Assembly (NCBI GenBank): GCA_028534125.1
Contig: CM052816.1
Span: forward strand, 15,192,001 to 15,256,000
Direction of reading: 5' to 3'
Source of the DNA: Lama glama
Taxonomy: Eukaryota
Length of the DNA: 64,000 nt
The notes beneath the pieces are model-generated. The model saw nothing but the letters and a program-made list of their open reading frames with translations, had not been told where the DNA came from and ran no database searches. Below are positions 49,869 to 61,879 of this stretch, in pieces; positions within the stretch are counted from its first letter, which is position 1, and every line of letters begins with the position of its first letter. The position numbers and the translations under genes were made by a program.

Positions 49869-50843
49869 CTAGCGGCTGCCATAGTACAGGCGCACAGCCA
49901 GGCCGATGAGCAGCGTGGCTAGGAAGAAGGCAGCTGTGAGCTGCAGCCGCAGCAGGGCTGCTGAGAGCACAGCATTGACCACTAGTGAGCAGGACACAAC
50001 GAAGAGGCGCGTGATGCTGCTGCCGTGCTTCATGACGGCTGACATGAGCAGTCCATTGAGTGCTTGGCTCAGCACGACGAGCGCTGCCCAACCTGAGAAA
50101 CCCTCCAGGAGGCCTGGGCCGGGGCCGCCACCTGCATGCAGACCTAGGTTCAGGAGCACACCAAAAGTGTAGAGGAAGAGGTTCTGAAGGGCCAGGGGCA
50201 GCCGCTGTCGTTTCATGAGCAGCTCTGTGTACACGGAAGACAAGCCTGAGATGAGGCAGTACAGGATGAGAAGCAGCAGTCCCAGTGGAGTGATATGCAG
50301 GGGCATGGGGCCCGCAGCAGCCGCTGAAGGGGGCCCAGAAAGCGTGTTCCCAGGGTCCCGGAGGCCACCAGCTGCATAGCAGGCTCCCGCTGCCATCAGC
50401 AGCAGCAGTGCTAAGCCCTGGCGTGCGGAGAGGCGGTGTCGGAGGCAGAGGCAGTAGAACAGGGCTGTGCTTCCGATCTTGAGATTGCTCAGCACCTGGT
50501 AGGTGCTGGGGTCCATGTAACGTTGAAGATAGATCACCAGGTTGTTGTTGGCACCATAGAGCAGGGCTGATAGTGCGAAGGGGGCGGCTTGGCGCCAGGG
50601 TGGGGTCCCCTGGGGCCATGCTTGCCAGCCCACCAGGAGAGAGAAGGCGCACAGTAGCAGCTTCGTCAGTTCAGTCAGCAGTACGGCCGAGGAAGGCCGG
50701 AAGGGCACGCGGCCATCTACATGGCACAGCGCCAGCAATGGGGCATGGGCCCCGTACATCGCAGTGGACAGGAGTAGCATCAGGGTCCAGCGGGCCTGCC
50801 TGGGACGGCCCAGGCCTGGCATACCCCCGTCCTCTACACTCAT
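49869..50843 (-). CDS. SLC35A4: Solute carrier family 35 member A4 (nucleotide-sugar transporter family), single coding exon, 324 aa
   Basis: MSVEDGGMPGLGRPRQARWTLMLLLST...ALLYGANNNLVIYLQRYMDPSTYQVLSNLKIGSTA...RLYYGSR*, multi-pass hydrophobic. The ORF track extends to a weak upstream in-frame ATG at 50906. Confidence 0.96.
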   Translation of the reverse strand: MSVEDGGMPGLGRPRQARWTLMLLLSTAMYGAHAPLLALCHVDGRVPFRPSSAVLLTELTKLLLCAFSLLVGWQAWPQGTPPWRQAAPFALSALLYGANNNLVIYLQRYMDPSTYQVLSNLKIGSTALFYCLCLRHRLSARQGLALLLLMAAGACYAAGGLRDPGNTLSGPPSAAAAGPMPLHITPLGLLLLILYCLISGLSSVYTELLMKRQRLPLALQNLFLYTFGVLLNLGLHAGGGPGPGLLEGFSGWAALVVLSQALNGLLMSAVMKHGSSITRLFVVSCSLVVNAVLSAALLRLQLTAAFFLATLLIGLAVRLYYGSR

Positions 50844-51272
50844 GCCCAAACTAGACCTTGGGTGGCCTCTGTAGCTGGCAAGGGGACAACGGGGACTGTG
50901 ATGCATCTGGGGAAAATCAAGTTATGGAGCTGGCTCCCAGGGGTGAGGAGCTGTGGTACATTGCCAGAGAGATACTGAGAGTCAGAGTCAGCTGCAAACC
51001 CCACAGCAAGGGCTGGAAGAGGAAAGGATTGGTGGCCCTAGAAGCCAGTCTTGGGGCCAGTCCCGTGGGGTTACGGAGGGAAGGAGTCCAGGGTGCTGGC
51101 TGATGAGCCACTGTACAGCCTCTGCAGGAAGGGAAGTGAGGATGAAGGCAGCAGGAAAGCTGGAGTGAGCAAATGGGTGAAAGCCCGGGAGGCCAGGTGC
51201 GGCATCTGTGGCTGGAAGGCTTCCGCCTGCAGGCCCCAGCTGTTCATCCTGCCTCCCTCATGGGATCCAGAG

Positions 51273-53470
51273 CTAGTCGGGCCCCTTGCGCAGTGATCGA
51301 AGATAGTCCCTCAAGGTCTTCTCTACATTGGGCACAGCATATGCCTGCGCTGCATATATGCCAGTGCAGGTGCCCACGGCAAAGCCCAATACTGCCGATG
51401 CCCTCAGTTTGGCCACCACGTAACCGGCCAGGAAGCCCTTGAGGAATGGGGAGGACAAGAGCGAGCCATCCTGTGGATGAAAATGCAGGAGGAAACTCAG
51501 CTAGGCTCTCCCCTTCTCTACTCAGGAGCTACTTAAGGGGCTTAGCACATCCCACCACCTGCTCCTCCTTACTCAGGAAGCTGTAGTATGCTCTCCAAAG
51601 ATTTTCTCAAGATTCTGGAGGCAGAAAAAGAACCTAGAAGTTCTGATCACACAATGCCAGAACCCTGTGGTTAGAAGGCTCTAACCACAGAATCCTACTG
51701 AGAAAGAGGTCCCTGAAGAATCCGACCCCTGCCTGCTTCCCGTTTCATTTCCTAGCACACTCCCCCACTGCTGCAGCCAAACTGAACTGCTTCACCATCC
51801 TACCTCCCACCACAAGGGATTTGCCTATGCTGTTCCATCTGCCTGAAATGTTCCCTCTTCTCCCTCATCACCTAGTTAACTCCTAAGATTTAAGATCCCA
51901 GTTCCGGGGAGGGTATAGCTCAGTGGTAGAGTGCATGCTTAGCATGCATGGGGTCCTGGGTTCAAAACAAAAAAAAATCCTTCCTAGAATTGATATAATA
52001 TGGTATTATGCCCATTTTACAGACTAGGAAACTGAGGCAGAGAGATTAAGTAACTTATGTATAGTCACATTATTAATAGAGAAGCTAGGATTCAACACTA
52101 AGCACTCTGGCTCCAGAAATTGTTCATTTAATCACTGTGCTATGTGACCTCTTGGTACACATGGATCTCAGGAAAGAGTGATCTGGGATGCAGACTGAGA
52201 TCTGAGAGTTACCAATTGAAAAAGAAAAAAACCAAGTTCAAATGCCATTTTCTCAGGGAAACTTTCCTGGGAGGAAGAGGAGGGGTCACAGAGAACAGAC
52301 CCTTAATAACCAACCATTTGCTGAATAAGTCTCTACCACCCATTTGAAAGCATACTGGCCATGAAGCTTAAGGGGTGGGGGGCAGGCACAGCCTTACCTG
52401 GCCCACACCACTGCTGACTTCGTCTTCCACACGCTGCTGCAGGCGCTCAAGCTGGTTCTTGAGAAATGCCAGGTCCTTAAGCTTGGGGAGAGAATCCTAG
52501 GACAAATGAGAGGCTGGCTCCAGAAGGCTGATCCAGCCCCATCCCTACTCAAGTCTATCAGAGACTGGGGGTAGGGAGGAGTGAGTCTGAAAAATTTCCT
52601 ATAAAGCCTACCTGAGATAACAGTGATTGATAAAGGTAGAAAGGGATTGAAAATTAAAGAATTCATATGGGGGCCAGGGAAGGGGTGACAGATGGGATCT
52701 GCACTGGTAACTTACAACAACCCTTACAAGAAATTTTGTATAGCAAGCAGTGTATAGGGAAGGCAGGAGGGACAGCTAGGGAACTTTCAGTTAGGTTTAT
52801 CAGGCAAGCAGTAGTGACTATAAGCTACCTGAAAGTTGTGGATAGCCTCCCGCAGCCTAACACAGGGACTGCAAGTAAATGTGTGGGTGGTGCTGAACTT
52901 CAAGACTAATGATTAGTAATAGCCTGAGGCAGTTCCCTGGACAATCTGGGGGTAAACGTGATTTCTGCCTAGGCTTCTTCCCCTTTCCCCTCAAGGCCAT
53001 CCCAAATTGAATGTGTGACTGGATGAGCTGGGGTTTGGTGGGTGGAGGGGAGAAGGAAGGTGGCTGTCTGCAGGAGTGTGGGTAAATGAACTGACTGATT
53101 TTGGCCCCACGTAAGTATGAAATTAGTGTGTGCGAATGCGGATGTGAGTGTCCGTGTGGACCGGAAACTCCTTGTCTCTGGAAGGGAGTTTTGGGGGCCA
53201 GGGAATAGGGCAAAGTTGGAGTGTATGCAAGTTAACTAGTGACGGTGCCAGGTGGGGACACCTGGGGGATCTCCGGCTACGCTTGCCTCGCGTAGTGCTC
53301 CGACTCTCCACTATTGAGGTAGTCGACAGGAGTAATACCTGCCCTCAGGAGGAACAAGGGGCAACCCCACCCACGAGTCGCTCCAGTTGTCGCCTCTCCC
53401 CAGGACTCAGAAGCTGTGAAGAGCACCAACTACAGAGAACCCCACGTTCACTCACCTTGTCATCCGCCAT
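51273..53470 (-). CDS. SLC35A4: SLC35A4 upstream-ORF microprotein (SLC35A4-MP / alt-SLC35A4), 3 exons, 103 aa
   Basis: Exons 53456-53470, 52398-52496, 51273-51470: MADDK-DSLPKLKDLAFLKNQLERLQQRVEDEVSSGVGQ-DGSLLSSPFLKGFLAGYVVAKLRASAVLGFAVGTCTGIYAAQAYAVPNVEKTLRDYLRSLRKGPD*. Confidence 0.93.
51906..51977 (+). mobile_element. Truncated tRNA-derived SINE
   Basis: ggggagggtatagctcagtggtagagtgcatgcttagcatgcatggggtcctgggttcaa followed directly by polyA. Confidence 0.8.
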
Positions 53471-54085
53471 TTTCCCCGCCGAACTTGTGGCGCAGGCGCA
53501 GCACCGCCTCCCTCCTGGCAAGGGCTACCGCCATCTTTACTGAGGGCAGAGGCACTTCCGGGGCATTTTTGGAAAGGGTGGAGGCGCGTTCCTGGCAGTC
53601 TCCTTTTAGCAGATGACGTGACCTCTCTCGTTGGGACCCAGGCTGCGTGCGCGCGCGCGTTTACGACGTAAACGCAATGATCACACCGTGTGCGTGTGCG
53701 TGTGCGTGTGCGTGTGCGTGTGCGTGTTCGCTCTGCGCAAGTTCGCCTGGCGAATATTCCGCTGCTTGATGAGCTCACGGTTAGGCTGTGATGACAGCGT
53801 GTGTGCCGCGGTTCTTGCGCCTCCCCCAGAGCCTCGGACGGAAACGCGAAGCCACTTGGGATCCGAACGCCTGTTTACACGCGCCACCTCTCGGTGGGAG
53901 GCGCTGCTCAGGCGGGTCTTTTTCAGCCTCCGGGACCCGGCCCCTGCCCCGCCCCGTAATTGTGCGGCGCCCGCTGGCCCGGCCGATTCCGGCGCAGAGA
54001 GGCTGGACTTGTAGGCGCAGCCGCTCCGGAGTCGAGCTGGGCTGAGTGCGGGCCGGCGAAGGCCGGCGGGGACGCGACCAAGGCT
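53471..54085. promoter_or_regulatory. SLC35A4 / APBB3 bidirectional CpG-island promoter
   Basis: Divergent first exons, YY1-like CCGCCATTTT/CCGCCATCTT, ETS CACTTCCGG about 53553, CRE-like TGACGT about 53614 and a GC box about 53946. Confidence 0.75.
53687..53727. repeat. (CGTGTG)n microsatellite, about 6.8 copies
   Basis: Read directly; alternating purine-pyrimidine. Confidence 0.9.
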
Positions 54086-57000
54086 ATGCTGGGCAAGGAT
54101 TACATGCTGGCCATCATTCTGGTCAACTGCGATGGTGTGCACGGAGGGTCCCGTTGGGAAGATCTGGAGCTGAGGGGTGGGGGAACGAGGGAGCGCGAAA
54201 CGCTACCTCAGGCTCAGAGACAGGGAGGGGGTAGGTACGTATCGGGGTGAGGGCCAGGGGACAGATGAACCCTGGTCTTTGCACTGCAATATGCAGGATT
54301 GAAAGCCTGAATTCTCAGACTGGACCTTCAGCCCAAAGGTTGTCCCTTTTGGTTTGGAGGAAGGGTTTTGACAAAGTGTTATTGTAAGTTCGCATGTATC
54401 TCCTCCCTCTCCAATCCCGTGTTCCGGTAGATGATTTGTGGGGGGACCAGAGTCTGGAGCGGGAGCCAGGCCTGCCCCCTGGCTGGAGGAAGATCCGTGA
54501 TGCTGCAGGTACTTACTATTGGCATGTACCCAGCGGTAGCACCCAGTGGCAGCGCCCAACCTGGGAGCCAGGAGATGCAGAGGACCCAGGCACGGTAGGT
54601 GGAGTTTGAGGAGGGGGCCTGAGCTCATATGCGGACAAAAGCCTGCTGCCACACTGACCTAACCCCCTCTCTACAGAGGACGGAGGGAATTTGGGGACTT
54701 CGGCCCCCCAAGGGGAGATCCTTTTCCAGCCTGGAGAACTCATTGGACCGGAGGTAACAGGGATAGACCAGGCAAAAATGAAAGGCTTGGTGTTCTGTGG
54801 CACTCAAAGATGCAGCTGGACCCACAGTCTGCTTTCCAGCCCAGGTTCTGGACTCTATCCCATGTTTAGGACTCTGTTCTGTGTTCTTGGCTCTGTTCCA
54901 TAATCTTGACTCTCCTAGTGTTTTGAGTTTTGTTTCTTGTTTCATGCTGTTTTTTGTTAAAAATTGTTTTACATATTCTGGGTCCTGAACCTATCATATT
55001 CTAGACCTTGGACACTACCCTAGGTTCTGTTCATGGAGGTTCCTGTCCTGTGTTCTATGGTTTTCTTGTCCTCATTTGGGGCTCTGGTCCACATTTTGGA
55101 CCCTGTTCCATGTTTATAAGTTTTATTCTATGTCCTGGCTCTTAAATTTCTCCCCAAATTCAAAGCCATGCTCTAGGTTACATTTGTCCTGGACCTTGTC
55201 CCACTCTGATGTTACATTTGGGACACTATATTCTGGGTTTTATGCCATGTCTTGTGCATATCAAGTAGTCTAGTCCTCACTAGTGTCCCTTCTGTAGGAA
55301 GCGTGGTCCTCTTACCAGCTCTGCTCTATTCCAGTAACTCTCTGTCCTGGTATGGTGAAGACTCCTACATCCAGAGAGTGGAGCCAGGGGCTAAGGTAGT
55401 GACGGGTCAGAGGGCATTGGGGAGGGTCCCAAAGGAAAAGTCAGGAGGGGGTTTGGGCTGAGAAGAGGTGATGGAGGGTGAAGGGAGGAGGTATCAGAGG
55501 GTTTTTATGTGTGGAACCTGTGGGAGCTCCCACCCTACTTCACCTCTACTCACTCAGGGTCCTCCTGTCCTTTCTTCTAACCTGTCAGTGCTTTGCAGTC
55601 CGGTCTCTGGGCTGGGTAGAGGTACCTGAAGAGGATCTGGTACCAGGGAAGAGCAGTATCGCAGTCAATAACTGCATCCAGCAGCTGGCCCAGACCCGCA
55701 GTCAGAGCCAGCCCCCAGATGGTGCCTGGGGCGAGGTGAGCTGGCTGGCCCTTCAAAGAGTGCAGCCCAGCATCCAGCAGAGGTGGTTGTCCCTGAATTG
55801 TCTGTTCCTCATGGCAACTGCCTTCATCTGAGCTCCAGGTTGGCCTCTCCTTGGCAGGGCCAGAACATGCTGATGATCCTGAAGAAGGATGCCATGAGCC
55901 TGGTGAATCCCCTGGACCGCAGTCTGATCCACTGCCAGCCTCTGGTGCACATCCGTGTATGGGGTGTGGGCAGCTCCAAGGGCCGGTGAGGACCCCTGCA
56001 TCCCTCGAAGTGAGAGTTGCTCCTCCCTCCCCCTTACAGGCTGTGATCCCCACTGATGCTAATCCCCTGTACTTGAACCCCTGGACACAGATCCTCTGAC
56101 ATGGACCCGAGCTCTGCCTCACCTGCCTGGTCCAGCTCTGGTTGGGGAGGGTGGGCCTGGCTCAGCAGGGACGGATGGGGGAGAGCCTGAGAGGCTGGGC
56201 TGATTCTCTCCTGTGCTCCCACATGCTTCTGGAACAGTGACAGGTGAGTGACAGCCAGGTCCCTGTAGCCCCAGCCCTGCCCTTCCTGTTCCATCCTTGC
56301 CATACCCCTGACTTTCCAGCCTTCTGCAGGCACTCTAGCTAGGCCTTTGCCCCTACCTAGCTTTCCCAGCTGGATCTCTGCCCCTGCCCTAGCCCCATCT
56401 CTGACCTTGCCAGGGACTTCGCTTTTGTGGCGGGTGACAAAGACAGCTGTATGCTCAAGTGCCATGTGTTTCGCTGTGACGTCCCTGCCAAGGCCATTGC
56501 CAGTGCCCTACATGGGCTCTGTGCCCAGGTAAGGGCCAGGAGTGGGGCAGGGAATGTGGGTATGTAGCTGGGTCTGAAGCTGCTAAGATGGTTGTGGCAG
56601 GGTGGTGTTGGCTCCCTGATCTCACTTCTTCCTCCCTGCACCTCATGCTGGCTACGTTGTGTTTCAGATCTTGTCAGAGCGAGTAGGAGTCAGTGGTGAT
56701 TCCCCTTGCTGCTCACTAGACCCCATCACCCCTGAAGACCTGCCTCGGCAAGGTATGGGGAGTGGGGTGCCATGTTGCAGCAACAGGCTGCTTTGGTGAA
56801 AAATTGGCGGCTCATGGTTATTCAGTGTTTCTTTGGAGACAGAGGACTTCAGAGGTGTCCTTGTCCTAGGGATCCCAAACCCTAAATTGGAGGAGCATCC
56901 ATGACCTTTTTTCTACTAGCTCCAGTTCCCTCAGAAAGGTGGAGAAAGGGGTCATTGAGAGAGTACCCCGGCCAGCATGGTGTATATATTTCAGTGGAGC

Positions 57001-59280
57001 TATTGGATGCCGTGAGCCAGGCAGCTCAGACATACGAGGCACTGTACATCGGGACCCTGCCAGTCACCAAAGCCATGGGTGAGGACTGAGTGGGCTGGAG
57101 GGGTGGGCTGCATAAGATAAGGGGAAGGTGGGTGAGTGCTCCCCTGGCCCTCTATAGCCTGAAGTGTACCACCCTTCTTAGTTCAGGATGCTAAGCCTGG
57201 CCCCAGCTATTCTGTTTCCATCTCTGAATCCTAAGTCAGTGAGAGGGGCGTAGACATTCCCTGCAGATCCTTTCCTTTTGTATGCCTGGGAGACACCATG
57301 GTGGGCATGTTCCCCTCCCCTAGGCATGGACGTGCTGAACGAGGCCATTGGTGCTCTCACCACCCGTGGGGACCAGGATACCTGGGTCCCTGCCATACTC
57401 AGTGTGTCTGACTCTCTCATGACTGCACATCCTATTCAGGTACCAGCCAGAAGAAGGTGAAGTGGGGGGCTGTGGAGGGGTAGGTGGGGATGCTGAGGGA
57501 TTATTAGTTGCTGCTGGAAGTGCTCAGTGGGTCCAGCCAGTACCTGGCCCTCTAGTGACTAGCCCTGATTTGGGCAGGCAGAGGCTGGTGCAGAGGAGGA
57601 GCCACTGTGGCAGTGCCCTGTGCGCCTTGTGACCTTTATTGGCGTTGGCCGTGACCCACACACCTTTGGCCTCATTGCTGACCTGGGCCGTCAGAGCTTC
57701 CAGTGTGCGGCCTTCTGGTGCCAGCCCCATGCAGGGGGACTCTCCGAAGCTGTGCAGGCTGCTTGCATGGTGAGTCAGGGGTGGGAATTGGTGTGTGGGA
57801 TTGCCCTGCAGCTGCTCTGTACTGGTAACATCACAAACCAGCCATCCCAGGGCTGACTATGGTTCAGCAGTAGTTTATTTGGCTCTTAAGCTTTTTCTAG
57901 TAAGTTTTAGTTAGTTGCCAGTATTGTAAGGCCAGGACATTTCACATAATCATTGCTATTCCTGTTTATCTTAAAATATCGGAAGCTCTGACACTTGGAT
58001 CCACATGTATGTATTTCAGCATTCAGCTGGAATAGTGTGGGGGCTATACCTTGTAGGGTGAGCATTGATCCTGTTTTGTCTCATATAGGTTATTTTCTGG
58101 CAGCTGTGGGCATTTGAGTGTGGGACATTTGCACTCAGTTCAGTTCACTTATTAACTCAAATGTGAGTGCTTGCTGGAACTCAACCATACTTGACCCTGG
58201 GAAGTCAGTGTATAGAGGGCACAGCCTTTGTCCTCACAGAACATTCAGGTTAGAGCAGAGACAGACTAGAAAGAAGTAGTACACCACAAGATGATGGAGG
58301 AGATGGCCCCTTCAGGGGTCCAAGAAAGCTACCTGAAAGAGGTGATAGAAAACTGAGAGCTGAAGGTTCAAGGAGGAAGTTAATCCAGATGAAAGGGAGT
58401 GGGACAGAAGGTGTTCCCATGTACAGGGAACTCCAGCTGTGAAAGTGAGAGGGATGGCAGTGGAATTAGAGTATCTGAAAGAGTCTAGTCTATCTGGAGT
58501 GCAAGGGGGGATGGAGTGAGAGATAGCGGCAGAAAGAATGGCAGCATACAGGTCATGGAACTTACAGGGTAGAGTGATGAGTTTATTTTATCTGGAGGCA
58601 TTTGAGCCATTGAAAGGTCTTGAGCAGGACAGTAAAGTCAAGTTTGTGGGTTCGGAAGACCACTTAAGCTATATGGGTAAAAGATTTGGAAGACACAGGA
58701 GAAGAAGTAGGAAGACCATTTAGGATGTATTGAGTTCAAATGAGAGAAGATTGGGCAGTTGCACTGGGAATGGAGTGTGGGTTGCAGAACCTCCCCTTGA
58801 CTTGGGAGTCCACTTGTCCAGGCACCAGTCCACTGCAGTGAGAGATGGGGGAGAGTCAGCATAGTGGTCGTTAATGGTTAAGTTACTGAGCTACCTGGAA
58901 ATGTTGTGGGGGCTCCAGATGTGGCAGACCACCAGCTTCATTTCATATTGAAGCCTTGGCTGGTTCCCTGTCCTTCTGAAACTTTAAGGGAGTCCAGAGG
59001 CAGAAAGGAGCAAGCTGGATTCTCACATTCCCCTTCTCCCTAGGTTCAGTACCAGAAGTGTCTTGTGGCCTCTGCAGCCCGAGGCAAGGCCTGGGGTGCC
59101 CAGGCCCGTGCCCGCCTGCGGCTCAAGCGGACCAGCTCTGTGGATTCCCCAGGAGGTTCCCTGCCCCTTCCCCTGCTCAAAGGAGGGGTTGGGGGTGCAG
59201 GGGCAGCCCCACGAAAGCGGGGTGTCTTCTCTTTTCTTGATGCCTTCCGGCTGAAACCCTCTCTGCTCCACATGCCCTAA
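54086..59280 (+). CDS. APBB3: Amyloid beta precursor protein binding family B member 3 (FE65L2; WW plus 2 PTB), 13 exons, 486 aa
   Basis: Exons 54086-54134, 54431-54594, 54677-54753, 55335-55395, 55589-55735, 55858-55985, 56238-56243, 56414-56528, 56668-56752, 56995-57078, 57324-57439, 57578-57769, 59044-59280 (1461 nt). WW domain [35 protein letters not shown] at 59572-59577. Confidence 0.95.
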
Positions 59281-60354
59281 TTTAATCCAGGAGGACTGGG
59301 GAAGGAGGCTCTGGGTTCATGCCCAACTCTACCCCTTCATTCCCCAGGGGTCTGCAGCCTCTCACCCCTTGGAGCCTTCTCTTCCTGCCCCACCGACCCT
59401 TGTCTACCCTCTATTTATTGCCCAATCTATTGTTTATAAGGATGATGAGAGGCCGTGCACCACAGCCTAGGCCCAAGGCTCACCTTTCCCTGGGTCCCTG
59501 CATTCCTTGCCCCTGTCCAGCCTGGGACAGTTGGCTCTACCTCAGCAACACTTTATAGCAAAATCAGTACAAATAAAAATCCCTTAGTGACTTCACTGGT
59601 TTTGAATGGTATTGGACCTTGTACTGGATTGAGAGTTAACAGCCTGTATGAGGTGAATGTTCGCGTCTGTGCTTGGTATTGGTGGCTGCCTGTAGTCATG
59701 TGTCGGCATGGATGTGCCAAAAATCTGACTTCATATAACAAATATATTCCCTAAGGTTTCCTCTGTGCTAGGCACTAAGGTACACCTGGGGATAAAATAG
59801 TCAGGGGTTCCACCTTCTGAGACTGTCAGATAAGACCCAAATAAACAAGACCGAAGACAAAATGTAGTACGGCTAGGAAATCTCCGAGGGTTGTGGGAGC
59901 TCGGACGAGACACTTAACTTGGCCTGAGGCATTAATAGGCTTCCTGATACATGTATTCCAGCCTAGTGAGTGTAAATGTTCAGGGCAGTGGACACCTGCC
60001 TAGGTTACAGTGGGGCGGGAGATTCTGGAGGTTTAAACTTGCTCCTGATAGCAACTGTGAAATACGGAGAGGGGGGACTCTCAGAGGACTTGGGCTCTTA
60101 GAGCGCTATTTTCTGGAGAACATCCCCCTTTGGTGCCGTGTGGTCGGGGCTCCGTGCTTTATTAGCTGGGATAGATTTGAAGTCCCTTAGGGAGTTGGCG
60201 CAGGGTCTCGACAACGGCTCCTTGCGTATCTGAACAACCGTGCAACCACGAGTGCTCCAGGCAACCGGCCCGGCTAGGGGCGTGGCCCCACCGGCTTGGG
60301 AGTGCGGCCGCCCTGGAAGTGACGTGCTGCCCCGCTGGCCGTGCGGAAGTGGAG

Positions 60355-60631
60355 ATGGCGGAGCTGTACGTGAAGCCGGGTGAGCGCGGCGGCCGGGCTA
60401 GGGGCGCTGGGTCTTCTCCCTGCCCTGGCTAGGGGCGAGTACTGCGCGGGGTGCGGACCCTCTGTCTCCCCCGGGCTTGCTTCATGCGTCCGCTTACCTT
60501 TGCAGGCAACAAGGAGCGCGGCTGGAACGATCCGCCGCAGTTCTCATACGGGCTGCAGACCCAGGCTGGCGGACCCAAGCGTACGTCGCTCACCAAGAGG
60601 GTCGCCGCTCCCCAGGATGGATCCCCCAGAG
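60355..60631 (+). CDS. SRA1: Steroid receptor RNA activator 1 (SRAP), exons 1-2; the gene continues beyond the window
   Basis: Exons 60355-60379 and 60506-60631: [50 protein letters not shown]. Confidence 0.95.
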
Positions 60632-61376
60632 GTGGGTGGGGGCCCTGTGCGCGGAGACCCGCCGAGAATGGGCGGTGCCAGGAATAAGTTTGGCCTTTGG
60701 GCCTCTTGCGTTTCTAAGGACTTCCTGTGGAGAGAGCTTGGTGCTCCACAAAAGGGCTCCGTTCAGGCCCTTTTTTACTGCCCAGGTCGATAGTTGGTGC
60801 GCTGGTCTCAAAAGACTTTCTGTGTTTTCGCCTTAGGTGATCTCATCTTATATATAGTTTTTCTAATTTTATTTCCAACATGGATCTTTTCACAGAACTC
60901 CATAGTGGTATACCCATTGTGTGTTCTGCATCTTCACTTGGATGTATGATAACCACCTCAGATTTAATGTGTTATTCGTTCATTTAATCAGTATCATCTA
61001 CTGAGCACCTACTGTGTTTGAAGGCGAACTAGAAAGCAGTCAACAAGATAAAAGTTTTCTGTTTTTGTAGAGTCCACCCTATAGCTTTGCAGATAGAGGA
61101 AACAGTGGTGAGGGCTCTACAGAGAAAAACAGGGTGATGTGAGAGTGACTGGTAACTAAGGTATCTACGGGTTGACATTTAAAAGCTAGCCACACAAATA
61201 TCAGGTGCAAGAGTATTCCAGGCTTTGGAAATAGCTATTGCAGAAGCCTTGAGAATAAGTTTGACAAATTCAGAGACTGAAGGAGCATCTGATGGCTAGA
61301 GCACAGTGGACTAGGGATAGAAATTTAGATCTCAGAAGTAGGCAGGGGCCAGATTTTAGTGTTTTCTTTTTCGTTC

Positions 61377-61473
61377 GTTTTTTTTTTTTTAATGGAGGTT
61401 CTGGGATTGAACCCAGTACCTCATGCATGCATGCTAAGCATGCACTCTACCACTGAACTATACCCTCACCCCC
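61377..61473 (-). mobile_element. tRNA-derived SINE (Vic-1-like)
   Basis: Poly-T followed by the reverse complement of the SINE body. Confidence 0.8.
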
Positions 61474-61665
61474 AGAGTGGGTTTTTGTAAATCAGGACAA
61501 GGAATTCATATTTTAATTTACATAAAGTGGGAAGCCACTGAAAAATGTTAAGTAGAGGAGGGTGGTTTCTTTCTCCCTGAGCATTTCCCAGGCTAATAGG
61601 AAAGTGTGGTCTCTTTTCAACTCCTGTTATCCACACCCGTAACATTGCAGAGGAATGATATAAAA

Positions 61666-61867
61666 CAGTTTCTTAACCTTAGCACTACTGATATTTTAGG
61701 CCAGATAATTCTTTTTTGTGAGGGACTGTCCCATATATTGTAGGATGTCTGCAGCATCCCTGGCCTCTACCCACTAGATGCCAGTAGCACCCACCCAGTT
61801 GTGACAGCCAAAAGTGTCTCTAGACATTTGCTGTGGGGACAGAATCTCTCCAGGTTGAGAAACATTG
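61666..61867. mobile_element. MER20-like hAT DNA transposon
   Basis: cagtttcttaacctt...ggccagataattct...ctacccactagatgccagtagcaccc...ggttgagaaacattg, with terminal inverted-repeat remnants. Confidence 0.75.
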
Positions 61868-61879
61868 ATTTACATTAAA

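Noticed and set aside
49801..50652. 283-codon alternative-frame ORF inside the SLC35A4 CDS
   Set aside because: GTG start, GC-rich codon shadow and low-complexity P/A/R composition. There is no support without Ribo-seq or conservation data.
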